The notes beneath the pieces were generated by a model. The model saw nothing but the letters and a program-made list of their open reading frames with translations. It ran no database searches and had not been told where the DNA came from. A DNA stretch of 64,000 bases from Lama guanicoe (Eukaryota): assembly GCA_013239625.1 (NCBI GenBank), contig MU053934.1, positions 3,986,399-4,050,398 of the forward strand. The letters run 5' to 3'. The translations under genes and the position numbers were made by a program. This document shows positions 1 to 13,112 of this stretch, one piece after another (within the stretch, counting starts at the first letter, position 1; the number at the start of each line of letters is the position of its first letter).

Positions 1-54
1 CCAGATTCAGCACGTGCACAGGGATTGAAAGGTGAACTTCGAAGGATGAGGATA

Positions 55-230
55 AAAATAACTACCATTAGCTAAGTGCTTAATCCCCTTTACATGCAGA
101 ACAGCCCAAGAGGTTGGTGCTACAACTGGCCCCATGTTACAGATGAGAAAGCTGAGTCTCAGAGACGTGGAGTGGCTTACCTGAGGTCACACAGCCCACC
201 AGAGCCTGTCCCCTGACTCCTAGGTTCTGT
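55..230 (-). mobile_element. MIR SINE (one of many in the window)
   Basis: Core cccatgttacagatgagaaagctgagtctcagaga...aggtcacacagc. Confidence 0.75.
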
Positions 231-3200
231 GCTCTCATCTGACCAGACGTAGGCTGAGGCTGGAGAGGGTGGACACTTTCCTGCCTATCATCGTCTTTTA
301 TCACTGGTTCCTGGCTTCCTTCCTTCCTTCTTCTTCGTTCCTTCTCAGCCTCTCTGGCCTCCCCTTCCTCCTCTCCCCAGGTTGCCAATTCCCTCATTAA
401 AACTAGGAGCCTCTCCATTCCCAGAACTGATGGCTGCTAATCAGAGTGGTCCCTGCCCCTGGCTCAGGGGTGGACATGTGTCTCAAGCCTGGCCAATGAG
501 GCTGGATTCTGGGAGGGTTGCAACTATTGGTAGAGAGACTTTCTCCTTCTGCCTGCCTAGAAGCTGAATAGTTGTGAGCCTGGAACCCCAGGGGCTTCAA
601 GAAATGTTGCTCGATCATCTGACTTTACTTTTAACCCAGAAGAGCTGATCTGTGGGCTGTTGCCCTGGGATGCAGCTGTATCACCTCCAGCCTTCTCCAC
701 CCGCCCCACCCTGCCCATCTCCACCAGCTCCCCACCACCAACTCACCAGATCTAGGAGCTGAGAGTTGAAAGGCCCCAAAATGTGGGTCCCCCAACCTCC
801 TGCCTCTACTGGGGAAGTTCCTGGCTTCACACTGATAGACGAAGCAGGTGTGCTAAGGAAGGAGATTTGCCCAAAGATGCACAGCTGGTGAGCAGTGGGC
901 CCGCAGGCTAGACTCCCATCAATACACTCATTCCGTTCCTCATCTAGCACACCTCTTGGGCCCCTGCCCAGGGGCCAGCTATGAGGGTGCAGGGTGTGGC
1001 TCTGGAGACAGAACCCCCCACCAGGCTCAAATTCCAGCTTCCTCACCCAATGGAGTATGATCTTAGGCAAGCTATTTTCACTTCTCTGTGCCTGTTTCTT
1101 ATCTGGAAAAGAAGGAAAGGAGTGAAGTCCCCCGGTGGCTCCAGAAACTCAAAACATTCTGCCTGATGGTAGCAGTTCCCTTCCTTCATAAGACCATGCA
1201 TTGTTCACGCCATCCCTCTGCTTAGATATCCTTCCAGAGTGACCATAGAGTGACTAAAAGCATGGATTCTGGACCCAGGCAGTCTGACTTCCAATCCCAT
1301 CTGGAGATGGAGGAGAAGGGCATTCCAGGCAAGGGAGCCACAGGTGCAAAGGCACTGAGACAGGACACTGTGTAGCACTGGGGAGAAGGCTCTGTGGGGC
1401 TGGATGGGCAGGCTGCATGGCTACACTCCTGATCGAGCACCCTGTCTCCTGCCTTCTGCCCCCATGAGAACTTCTGCTCTCCCTGGGAAAGGGCTGTAGA
1501 CTGGCTCGAAGGCCCAGGGGACCTCACTGGAATAATGCAGTGGAGAATTTGGGGATCTGATTAGTACGATGGTCCTGGGCCCTCTGGGAGAAATGGTGTC
1601 CAGGTGGAATTGAGACCTTCAATTGGAATTGGAATTGGAACTGAGCCCAGAAGCGCAGGCAGCCCAGCCTTGGTGGAAGGCCTTGGGTGCCCAGGACAGA
1701 GGGCAGTTCCCAGGAGGCAGGAGAGGCCCGAGGGCACAGCTTGGCAGCGCTTGACAGGATGTGGGGGGGTTGGTATAGGCCCTCAGCAGCCAAACACCCT
1801 CGCACCGCGCTCTGGGCCTCTCCACAGAGGAGCTGCAAGCTAAAATAGGACTCTATTTTGGGGGTCTGAGCGGAGTTGGAGTCACATCCCTGCCAGACAG
1901 GAGAGGCTGCCTCGGTGTCTTCGAGGCCAGGCTCTCCCCCCGTGCCGGGGTGGAGAGGTGTGGGCACCAGTAGTGGGGTGTGAAGCCGGGGGCACGGGCT
2001 GAGAAGAGGGAGCAGACGGCGGCTCCTGAGGGGCCCGATGCTGCGTTCCTTCTCTCCCTCTGTCCTCCCGGCTGCCCGATGAGGGGGGCTGGGGCTTTCC
2101 CCATTTCACAGAACAGACCAAGGTTCTGAGAGGCCAAGTCGCCTGTCCGAAGTCACTCAGCAGCAAGAGTGGCAAAGCCTGGACGACACCTGCGTCTGTG
2201 TTCCTGACCACGACGGAGTATCTGAGTGGGGCCTCAGTAAGCAGAGGACAAACCGTTTCCTGAGCACCTGCTTTGCACCAGTCCCTCTCGCACATTTGCT
2301 CAGTGAGCCCCTGTGCCCTCCCAGGCAGGAAGCCACCATCACCCCCATTTCAGAGACAGGTCTGAGGGTGTACTGGCCTCAGCTGGGCATCCAAGTTATT
2401 GCCCGACCACAGCCAGCTCCATCCCCTTTCCTGGCCCCAGTCTCTGGTCTGTAATTCGAGGAGATGGCCCCAGGTCTGTGACCTGTGACGTGTCTCCCAG
2501 GGAGGCTGACGGAGAGCTGGGGATGGGGAGGTGACCAGGATGACAGAGGGAGTTTTTCAAGCCTACCTTCCCCTGCCCGCTGCTTCCTGCAAACCCATCT
2601 TCCAGATCTTCAAGTCAGGCCCACCTGTCTCCAAGGGAAGAGAAGGAACTCGTGTTTCCTGAGCCCAGGCTGTGCCTGACGCTGTGCTGCCGCATCCACG
2701 TGCTCTGTGCCATTCGGTGGCCTGTGGTTATCAGGTCATTCTTACAGAGGAAGCCCAGAGGCAGGAAGCAAACTGTCCAGGACAACCCAGAGAGGAAGGG
2801 GCACCAAGGCTGCGCGTTCCCCAGCCCTGACTTTTTTGCTGCCTCCTGCCTGATGCAGCCAAGAGCATGTCTTAGCTGAAGGCCGTCCCCTTCATCCTCA
2901 GTCTGGTTCCTGGCTGCCTGAGGGCGGCAAGGCCATTTGAGGGCCCTCTCCTCACCCACGCCTCCCCTGCAGAGACTGGGCCATAAATAGCCCTGTCCAT
3001 CCTCTCCACGTGTTCCCACCTTTGCGGCTCGCCACGCTCAATTGCCCGTGTCCTCCCTCCGCTCACCTGTCATGGAGAAGATGGGAGCTGTGCCATTCCC
3101 TCCCATTTCCCTGTCAGGAATCTGTCCCGCTGCCCCCCCCCACCCCCTGCCGGGGCTCCTCTGGTGGCATGGTGGGTTCTGTCTCGTTGCTATGCCCAGA

Positions 3201-6200
3201 AAACTGCCCCATCTGTTCCTGCTGCCCTGTCCAGCTTCCTTCAGACGCCCCAGAAGCAGCTCAAAGGTTCCACAAAGGGCAGACACCACCGGGGCTGCCA
3301 CTCTGCCTGCCCTGGTCTGCAGGCCCCTGTCCCTGCCCACTTCCCACTCCAGCCCAGTACGGCCACGTGCAGCTTCCTGAAGGCCTCTTCCATCTTCACT
3401 TCCCTGCTCCACCATCCAGATCTCCCCTCTACCTGCAGGGAAAGGCCCCTCTGTCTGCTGAACTCACCTCCTCCCCTGGCCCAGCCCCTCAAGAGAAACT
3501 GTCTTCCCCCTAACTGCACCCCCTTCTCCTGCCGCCTCGCTCTCCTATCCGCCAACGTCCACCGTCCACCGTGGCTCAGGGGCTGGGAGGCCAGAAAGCC
3601 CTGGGGTGGAGCGTTGAGTTGCTGCATGACCTTGGGTAAGACACCTCTCTGAGCCTCCTCACCCGTAAAATGGGGATAATAATAGAATTCCCCCTCACAG
3701 GCTGATGGGAAGATCAAATAAGAACTCAGAGGTTAAGGGGCTTTGTAACCTGTAAAGTGCAGGCATTTAATTGTTAGGGATCGTTGAGATTAACCTCATA
3801 CTGTAAAGAGGCAGAGTGTGCGCGCTGGGGGTGAGGCAGCAAATCCACAGGGGGGAACAGAGTTGCCACCTGTCTCCACCCACGGGCTCCAGGGACCAGC
3901 ATCCATATCCCCATCTTGAAGATGAGGAGAGACGCTCGGGTCCCACTGCTGCTAAGTGGGGACTGGTGGCAGGCCCATCCCCAGCACAGGAGCTGGAGCT
4001 GGGCAACGGGCTTCTTTGCCCTCTCCAGCCTCTGGGATTTTCTTCATCTCTGATTTGGGTTTTATTGGCCTCATGGACCAGGCTCTGCAAGGCTACAGCA
4101 GGGAGTTTAATGCTGCAGGGGGGCCCCAAAATGCCCCCGCAGCCCCACTGTGGTGCGCAGTGCCCTTTTTCAGGGGCTCCATTTGCAAGGCTGCCTTGAC
4201 CTCTCTGCCTTTTCCTTCGAGCAACCGAGCACCTGAGCACACACTGCCTCTCGGCAACCCGAAAGATTCTCTCTGGGGAGGGGTCCCCACCCTCCTCTCT
4301 GCCTGGCTGGATGCAGGCCCAGGGGGCCCAGAACATCTGGCACTTCCCTCCAGGCCTTGGGCGGGGTGAGGGGGTGCCACCATCTTTCACTCCACATTCA
4401 CATCCCCCAACCCCAACATACCCCTTGCTCCCCACCTCAGACTTAGTGAGTGTGTCTCTCTCTCACCAGTTGGAGCCTCCCTCCCTCCCTCCGGAACTCC
4501 GTGTAGCTCTTCTCTTGGTTGTTCTGAGTTTCCCTCCCTCTGGCTTGTTCTGGGCTGTGTTCTTCTGTAGCCTCCCTCTCTCAGCCGTCATCTCTGTCTC
4601 TCTGTCTCTGACCCTGCCACTGTTTCTCTGTCTGTCTCTCCCCTCCACCTCCATCTCTGTCACCACCTGCTCCCATATCAGTGTATTATATGCCCTCTGT
4701 TCCATCACCACTCCCTGGGCTCTCTCCCACCTCTGTGGACTCACCCTCAGCCCCGTAGTCCAGGTGTGGACAGGGAGGCCCAGGAGGAGAGGAGGGAGGG
4801 GCTCAGACAGGCCTGGAAACCAGCACGAAGGGGAGGACAGCAAGCTGAGCCTCTGCCCTGCTTGGCAGGGAAAGTCCTGGAAGCACGAGGCAAAGGTGCT
4901 GGCCTCTGGATCCTCATTCCAAAGGGCCACATCCCAGGAAAAGGTAAGCAGAGTGACAGGTTGGGGGTCAGAAGCCTGATTCTGGATCGGGCTCTGCACC
5001 TTCCTCTCTGTGTTATGTCTCAAACCCCCTTCCTGGGCCTGTCCTCCCCAGTCCATGGGTGCAAGGGGTCCCCTCTTGGCCTCCTCCTCGCTGTGGGCAC
5101 TGTGAAAGCTGACACCAGCCTCCAGCCAGCGAGGGCTTTGGCCTACTTGCCCTGTTGCCATGGTACCTGCAGCCGCAGTGGACGGTCATGGCGACTGTAA
5201 CCCAGGAGCCCTGCCTGCTGTCCCAAGCTGGAGCATAGAGAGACGGAAATTGCCCACGGTCCAGCTTGGCATTGGCAGCTAAGGCCAGAGGCCTCAGGAC
5301 TTCCAGTCTAGGCCTCTTTCCCAAAGCCCAGCCCAGGCCCCAGCTACAAATTTGCCTGTTTGGCTCAGTGCTGAATCCCTCACCTAGACCAGGCTCTTCC
5401 TTGCTCATAGCAGGTGCTCAACAAATATTTGTTCCATGAAGCAATGGATGACACAGAAGCCCTTCGAAATCTGTAATGGGCGGGGCTGCTGTGCGAGCTG
5501 ATGGCAGACACCTCTGGTTGTAATCCCAAAAGGCTTGTGTAGGAATTTTATGCCAGATTTGAGGCAGTGAATGGAGTGAGTAGGGGGCCCTTAAAGATGC
5601 TGGTGATTGCAGGAGGGGGCAAAGATAGATGTGGGCATCTTCTCAATTTTGCCAAGTGCCACTTCTGTCCTTTCCCACCATTTCCTCAAGACCTCCAGCT
5701 ATGTTCTGAAGCACACAGGGATGGAGTCTTAGGTTGTCAGATGTGTCAGGGCCTGGAGGTCATTAGGTCCAGTAAGAGTAGGTCCTCTTACTTTGAAGAT
5801 GGGGGCAATGAGGTTCAGAAAACTGAAGAGATTATCCAGAATCACACAGTTAAGTCAGAACCCAAGTTCCTTCTCTAGCCTCTTAGTCCTCATACATTGA
5901 GAGCTAAGTGATCTATCACATTTCCCTTTTTTGTTTGGCTGCCAGGAAGCTCACAGGTTAGTTTTCAAGCTATGTCTTATGTGGTAAGCCCATCATAATC
6001 CTGACTGGAAGTCAGCTTACACTTACTTGGGTCCATAATATGGCCAACATCATGCCGTGCTGGTCACATATGAGATCTCATTTAATCCAAACAACAAGCA
6101 TGTGACATGGATATGAGTGGCCCTCTTTAACAGATGAGGAAACAGTTTCAGAGACATAAATCAGCTTGCCCAAAGTCATGTAGCTAGTAACTGATAGAGG

Positions 6201-7048
6201 CAGAAATCATACCTAGGCCCCTGTGGCTCTCACACTCATGATCTTTCCTCCTCTATAAATATCTACATAAAGGCCATTGCTTTGGCTCCATGTCCTGGTA
6301 CCAGTGCTGTGCCCATTGCCAGCCATTTGTCCTCATGTGTGCTCACCCTGCCAACAGGGAGCCCTTTAAGAAGCCGTGGAGGAGGAACTTGGTTTCGAAA
6401 CTTTTCCCCTTTCTAATCCTGGGGACCCAACTCTAAACTGTCTTTGTGGAAGGATTCAGATGCTGGGGGTTGCATTTTTAAAGAGTCTGGCAAACACAGC
6501 CCAGATTCTGTTAGTACTTAGCCTGAGCAAGTAACCACAAGAAGGAAAAAAAAAAGGTAAAAAACCAAACAAACCAAACTGTACAAAGATGTTGATTACA
6601 GCATTGCGTATCCTGGAGAAAAGCTGGCATTCATCTGGTTATAGGAGGGGAAGGATTGGCCAACAGAGCTCCTCAGAGCACTGGCTTCATGGGAGGGACC
6701 CAAGCTTGGTCTCTATCTGGAAATTCTTAATTTTATCTTTGAGCTTGTGTTTTGTAAGTGAAGTCCGGTGGAGTGAAGACGAGGAGGCCTGCGCGTGAGC
6801 AAGGGAGGTAATCTGAAGAAAGGAAAACGTCTTGTTTTCAGTGCCTTTAATGGCGCACATTTTCCTTTTGGAATGGGCCCCACAGATTGTGTATTTGGTG
6901 CCCAGGGAAGGGCACTGGCCTGGGATCCAGGAGAGTGGGGTTCAAGGTTATTCCCCTCTAGGTCTCCCCACCTGGAAATGAGGGGTTGGCCTGCTGAGCT
7001 CTGTGATTTCACGAACACAATATTGTCGTTAAAACCAAAATATGAGCA

Positions 7049-7200
7049 GGGAGGGTACAACTCAGTGGTAGAGCACATGCTTAGCATGCATGAGGTCCTG
7101 GGTTCAATCCCCAGTACCTCCACTAAAATAAATAAATGAATCTAATTACCTACCCTCCCCCAGCAAAAAACAAAAAACAAAAAACAACCAAACCCAGAAA
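7049..7200 (+). mobile_element. tRNA-derived SINE, camelid Vic-type
   Basis: GGGAGGGTACAACTCAGTGGTAGAGCAC...GGTTCAATCCCCAGTACCTCC (Pol III A/B boxes) followed by an A-rich tail. Short aaatatg repeats flank it. Confidence 0.85.
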
Positions 7201-10078
7201 TATGTAGAATCCATTAATACTAAGGAAAATCAGTACCCAGAAAAACCCACAATGAGAAAAGCCAGATCCAGGAAGAGGGGGCCTGCGATCACAGCCACAT
7301 GATCTAACCAAGGACTAACAAAAATAAGGGGAGGATTTGACGAGGTGAAACCGCTGAGTTGAATCTCTTCTAGGTTCTTTTACCATTTTGCTTCAAGCAG
7401 TTGAAATTCATAAGGAAAATCCGTTTTTCAGCAGCTGGCGGAAGATGAACCTACAAGAATCAGGCCCAGCTGGCGGGGCTGCAGACAGGGGAGGGCAGGT
7501 TGTCAGCTTGGCCAGCCCACGCCTCTTCCTTCCCCTGCCCCCACCTCTCTCTCCCTTTCTCCCACCTGCTGTCCCCTTCCTTCTCTCCCAGCGCCCACCA
7601 GGCCCTGGGGCTGTGACCGAAGGAGAGCGAGAAGGGACAGGCCCCGAAGGGAAGATGGGCAGGCTGAGGAAGGGCTTGGCGGTCCCTCCAAGGCCCCTTC
7701 AGTGCTTCCAAGCTCATGAGAGCTAAGCTTCCTACACCCCCAGATTCAGCGATCCCCCCTATTTCAGTGCCGCCAGGAGCCCGGAGGAAGTGAGAGAGAT
7801 CAGGAGCTGCCTGCCTGCCAGGGAGCAGGGGGGGAGCAGGTGGGAGGGCTGTGAAGGGGAGCAGGTGGGAGAGGGAAGGTGAGTCAGCAGAGCCGAGCAG
7901 CGGGGTTTGCAGCCTCAGAGCCTCACTGCAGCTGTGTGCTCGCCTCAGGCTCTGGGCGCACACCCCTGTGGCCGAGGCCCCTATGCACCCCCTACCCGCT
8001 GTGCCCTCCACTCTGACACCCCAGGAAGTCCTCACTGAAGGGCCCTTGTCACAACTTGCCTGTCCTGCGTCCCCCACAATCGCTGGTAAACAGAGACAGG
8101 CCCTCCTCAAGGAGCCATTGTCACAAGCGTCTGAGCAAGTGGCAAACTGGGGACAAGGAGGGGGTTGTGAGGAAACTTGAAGTGCCCCCACATCACTTTG
8201 GATGGGAGGCCCTCTTAGGGTGGACCCCACAGGTACCCCTTTCCCCTCTTGCCCTCACGGGTGGAGGGCTGGGCAGCCTCTAAGGGGTGTTCCCGGTCAC
8301 AGGTGCTGAGTCCAAGGATGCCTGAGTCTGAGGTCCTCTGTGGTTACTGCTGGCTGCCCAGGGGGCCAGTGCATCACTGAGATGAAGCAGGCAGGAAAGC
8401 ATGAGATCCCCCAAGGTCCTCCCTGGGGCCCGCAGGGCTGGATGGAGGGACACCCACGGGGGTGGGCGGTGAGACTCTGGGATGCTCCCACCTGACAGAA
8501 GGGCACCAGGGGCGTGGGCAGGGCAGCAGTGGCACTTTTGTCTTGCTGCGTGGCCCCTGTGGGCCCTTGGAGGTCCCCAAAGGTCACAGTGCACTCTGGC
8601 AAATCTGGGTGGGGGCAAAGGAGGAAAAGAGTCAGCCCCTGGCCCCCTCACCTAGCCTCTGCCTCAGGGATGGGAGTGAAGGGGAAGCCGGCCCCTGGGC
8701 CTCTGACAGTCCTCACCCGGCTTCACCGCCCTTTAGTTCTAGGGCCATCCGTTTCCTCTCTGAGACCAAATCCTTGTCCCACCTGCCCTGAAAGATGTTA
8801 TGCAAATAAAAGACATTGTGATGAGTTGTGGGGATTTGGATCCCTTTCTCCAGGTTCTCCTGTTAAACTGTTAAAAATGTGGATTTACCCACATGGCCAA
8901 ATGTTGCCAGTGCTGACGAGATGTGGTCATTCATAAAGCAGCCATCAGCACTTCACAGCAGGGGAACTTGCCTGCTGTTCTCTGTGGCTCCTGAGATAGC
9001 TGGCACCTTGACATAGAAGATTTCTGGGAACGGGGGGGGGTGCCCTCTGCTTCCTTGTACCCTGGGTACATGGTGGCAGGTACAACAGAGTTAGAGCTGG
9101 AAGTACCCCTCAAACTCCAAGGTTCTGCGTAGACTCCCAAGGATGGCCGCAATTCCCCCTGCCATGCACACCCTTTGCAGTGGGACTTGACCATTCTCCC
9201 AGGAGGTTGCGTCTAATCGCCTGCCCTTTGAATCACGACCTAGATAGACCAGCAGAATAGAACAGAAGTAATGTTAAATGAGTGCAAGATTAGGCTCAAG
9301 AGACCTTGCAGCTTCTGCCTTCCCCCTCGTAGGCTGCTGCCCCAAGACACCATGAAGGAATCCAGCGCAGCCTATTGGAGGAGGAGGGGCCCCTGGAGGA
9401 GCACTGAGCCCCCTCCCCTGGGCCAACAGCAAGCCCCACATGTGAGTGAGGCCTGCTCGGACCTTAGGGCCTGGCTGGTGTTCTTCCTGAGCAGGGCTGG
9501 AGTGAGCCCAAAGAAACCAGACAAGGAACCACCCAGCCCACCCACAGAACCTTATAAAGAACAAACCATGTGGTCTAAGTTTAGTGTGGTTGTTACACAG
9601 CACAGGCTAACAGAAGCCCAGAGAAGGGAAGGGACTTACCCAAGGTCCCACACCGAGCCAGAGACCAAGTCTATGACCAGGTTTCCCAGCTGCTCCCTAG
9701 AACCCTTCCCACCACAGTGTCCTGCAGCCAAGTTCATCAGCCCAGCCCAGTGTGTGTGTGTAGGGGGCGGTGTATAAACCAAGCGGGCCCTTCCCACTTC
9801 TCCCTGAGTTATAAAGCACTGGCTGACATCCACACAGGGCTCTCCTGCCCCTCATCCCTTAGGAAGGAGATATGGTTCATTCTACATTCTACAGATAATA
9901 AAACCGAGGCCAAGAGCTGATGGGCAGCTTGCTGACAGCCACACAGCTAGTTAATAGCAAAGCTCTGACTTAAACCCAATCAAACCTCATGCTCACTTAG
10001 AAGCCTTCTCATTGGCTCCCAGGAAAGAAACTAGCAGGTGATAAATTTCCCTCCAAGGGTCAGTCTCTCAGAAAAGGG

Positions 10079-10175
10079 CACACACACATACACAACACAC
10101 ACACTAATACCACATACACACACACTCCATACACACTTATATACAACACACACATACATACCACACACACACATC
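10079..10175. repeat. Degenerate CA-rich simple repeat
   Basis: Interrupted cacacacata arrays. Confidence 0.8.
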
Positions 10176-10275
10176 ATGTTGCGCTCAATCTCTTCCTTTC
10201 TCTCTACCACTTGCCCTCTATCTTTTCTTCCCAACCCTCCATCTTCAACCAGCCTACCCCTAATGGACCATATAC

Positions 10276-10585
10276 TTTATTAAAAATATATAGTTACAAA
10301 CTCCATTGTCAACCTGAGCTGGGCCTGGGGGCCCAGAGGGACCACAGGGAGGGAGGGCCTTCATCCTGCTCCTTGGGGTCCCACTTCTGCACCCAAAACC
10401 AACACTATCCAGGGGCCAAGACAGCTGGCTCTGAGGGCCTCAAGAGACCAGCCAGCTGGGCCAGGGAAGGGGTTGGGCTTGACAGGTGGGGAGGGAGAGG
10501 GGTGCACAGAGAGGGACTGCACCTCCTTGTCCTGCAGGTACAAATGGCAGAAGGTGGATCTGGTGCCTCCATCTCTCCATTTATA
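10276..10585 (-). terminator. Candidate KCNJ4 polyadenylation signals: variant TATAAA at 10580-10585 and canonical AATAAA at 10276-10281
   Basis: Plus-strand tttata and tttatt lie ~450 and ~750 nt downstream of the KCNJ4 stop codon. Confidence 0.5.
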
Positions 10586-11031
10586 GATATTTACAAAAGA
10601 AAGTCATGAGCAACAGACCACAGTCATGCAAAAGAAATGCACCCCCCCCCCACCCTCCCAAGCAACCACCAGCCCACCCCAGAACCCCAAGATGCCCACC
10701 CCCCAGCAGTCCAGCCGCCTTCCCCGAGGTTCTGCAAAGGGGGAACGTCCTCAAAGGGTCGGTGGGAAGAGGGTGGTGGGTCTAGGGTTCCTGAGCCGCC
10801 AGTGGGTAGATGCTGGGGAACCCAGGCTGATCAGATCGAGGGTAACCTGGACCTTTCCAGGCCTGGGTTCTGGTGTCAGTAGGAAGGGGTTCTCCAGTCT
10901 TTGAAACCCCCATCTCCCTCCAGAAGGTCCACGGAGTCAGGATGAGCTCTGTCCTGAGTGTGGAGGGGGTGTCCTGACATCCCACCCCCCGCAGAGGCTC
11001 TTGTGGGGAAGTGATGGGAGGGGCCTGGAGG

Positions 11032-12366
11032 TCAGATGGCGGACTCCCTGCGGTAGGAGATGTTGTCCAGCGGGAGGGTGGCTTGCATGCGCTCCAGATC
11101 CAGGTGGCTGCCAAACTCCAGCATCCGGATGATGCCCGCCTCCTCCTTAGAGCCTGCCTCCAGGCCCAGGCCGGCAGCCACGGCTGCAGCGGCTGCAGCC
11201 TCCTCCTCCATCTCCTCTTCCTCCTGGCTCATGAGGGCCAGCTCATTCTCATAGCAGAAGGCACTGGGCGGGGGTGGCGGGGCGGGCAGCACGGTGATCT
11301 TGCTCTCCTGCAGCTCTCGGGCCGAGCAGCAGGGAGTGCCGGCCACCTCGTAGGTCTTGTGGAAGCGTGAGTAGTCCACCTTGTAGTGGCTCTTCTCCTC
11401 GAAGACCACGGGCTCGAAGCGGTGGCCCCACAGGATCTCGCTGGCCAGGTAGGAGCTGCGGGCCTGAGTGGTCATGGCGGTGGCCTCCACCATGCCCTCC
11501 AGGATGACCACAATCTCAAAGTCCTCCGACTCCAGCTCCTCCTTGCCCATGCCGTAGAGTGGGCTGTCCTCGTCGATCTCGTGGACGATGATAATGGGAG
11601 ACACCAGGAAGATGCGGTCCAGGCCGATGTCGTAGCCCACGTTGAGGTCCCGCTGGTCCAGCGGCAGGTACTCGCCCTCCTGCGTCATGTAGGGCTTGAT
11701 GAGCTGGGCCCGCACGTGGGCCTCCACGATGTGGCTCTTGCGCAGGTTGCCCACGCGCCACATCAGGCAGAGCTTGCCGTCGCGAACCGAGATGACCGCA
11801 TGGTGGCTGAACAGCAGCGTCTGTGCCCGCTTCTTGGGCCGCGCCATCTTGGCCATGATGGTGCCGATCATGAAGGAGTCAATGACACAGCCCACGATGG
11901 ACTGGACCACCACGGCGATGACCGCCAGTGGGCACTCCTCCGTCACACACCGGAACCCATAGCCGATGGTTGTCTGCGTCTCCACTGAGAACAGGAAGGC
12001 GCCCAGGAAGCCGTTCACATGCATGATGCAGGGCTTAGGGGCCACAGGCACCGCCCCACCACCTCCCGCTGGGGCCCCGGCCGCGGCCCCCCCTGGGTTG
12101 GCCTCCAGGTCACCATGGAAGAAGGCGATGCACCAGAAGAGGAGGCCAAAAAAGAGCCAGGAGATGAGGAAGGCCGCGGAAAAGATCATGAGCATGTAGC
12201 GCCAGCGCGTGTCCACGCAGGTGGTGAAGATGTCCGCCATGTAGCGCTGTGACTTGTTGCTCAGGTTGGCGAAATAGACGTTGCATTGGCCGTTCTTCTT
12301 GACAAAGCGATTGCGGCGTTTCCGCCGGGGCACGTGGGCCTGCCCGTTGCGGCTGTGCCCGTGCAT
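11032..12366 (-). CDS. KCNJ4: Inward rectifier potassium channel Kir2.3, entire CDS in one exon (444 aa)
   Basis: [32 protein letters not shown]... contains the TIGYG selectivity filter, a Gly/Ala/Pro-rich extracellular insert typical of Kir2.3, the FCYENE ER-export motif and a C-terminal PDZ ligand RRESAI. Likely acceptor AG (plus-strand ct 12406-12407) is 39 nt upstream of the ATG. Confidence 0.98.
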   Translation of the reverse strand: MHGHSRNGQAHVPRRKRRNRFVKKNGQCNVYFANLSNKSQRYMADIFTTCVDTRWRYMLMIFSAAFLISWLFFGLLFWCIAFFHGDLEANPGGAAAGAPAGGGGAVPVAPKPCIMHVNGFLGAFLFSVETQTTIGYGFRCVTEECPLAVIAVVVQSIVGCVIDSFMIGTIMAKMARPKKRAQTLLFSHHAVISVRDGKLCLMWRVGNLRKSHIVEAHVRAQLIKPYMTQEGEYLPLDQRDLNVGYDIGLDRIFLVSPIIIVHEIDEDSPLYGMGKEELESEDFEIVVILEGMVEATAMTTQARSSYLASEILWGHRFEPVVFEEKSHYKVDYSRFHKTYEVAGTPCCSARELQESKITVLPAPPPPPSAFCYENELALMSQEEEEMEEEAAAAAAVAAGLGLEAGSKEEAGIIRMLEFGSHLDLERMQATLPLDNISYRRESAI

Positions 12367-12914
12367 GTCCTGAAGCCGGCGTGGTTGCCTGAGAAGACGC
12401 AGGGCCTAGGGGGACGAAGCCAGACATATGAGACGCTGGGGAGGGAGTGGCTGCCATGGAGGGTGGCTCTCTGAGGGCCCAAGAACCCAGGCTCAGGGGC
12501 AGCAAGACCCCCACCCAAAGACGCTCAGAAGAGGAAGGGCCTGGACTAGGACCCAAGGCTTCCTCCACTCCATGGGCAGAATGTTAAGGTGGCTCTGATG
12601 ACAGAGAGGGAGTGTTGGGGGCTGAGCTGGTGCCAGCCCAGCTCTGGGATTGGGGTTTGTGGAACCAGAAGCTGAGGCCACCAGAATCCAGGTCTTAATC
12701 CCAGCCCCTCACACTGCCCACCTCCCCTGCCGCCACCAAACCTCCTTTGCCCACTGTTCTGGGAACTTCCAGATGCCCATCTTGGAATCACCCTCCCACC
12801 ATTTGTCCCACTTGCCTTGAGCAGGGGGAGCTGTGAATGCTCTGGCCCCTGCTTACCTCCCTGGGTTCGGCCTCTGCACTCTTGGGCCTCTAGGGGACTG
12901 GACATTCTCCTGTG

Positions 12915-13112
12915 CTGGCCAATTTGGCAGCCACTGGCCACCTGTAGCTCTTATATTTAATTAAAATTAAATAAAATGTTAACTTCAGTTCCCCAGTTGC
13001 CCTAGCCACATTTCAAGTGCTCAGTAGCCACATGTGGCTAATGGCTACCATACTGGACAGAGCAGATTTAGGACATTCCCATCATTGCAGAAAGTTCTTT
13101 TGGGCAGTGCTG
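12915..13112. mobile_element. hAT-Charlie MITE, MER3/MER33-like
   Basis: agccacatttcaagtgctcagtagccacatgtggctaatggctacc and catcattgcagaaagttct motifs, recognised from memory of the family. Confidence 0.7.

Noticed and set aside
7049..7121. tRNA gene-like sequence
   Set aside because: It is followed by a SINE body and A-rich tail and has a diverged second copy, so it is a SINE head rather than a tRNA gene.
1..10000. Many 60-256 aa ORFs downstream of KCNJ4
   Set aside because: No recognisable domains or consistent exon chain. GC-rich intergenic DNA with MIR and other repeat remnants.
11011..12252. Plus-strand ORFs of 64-200 aa over KCNJ4
   Set aside because: Antisense shadows of a CDS with GC-rich third codon positions.
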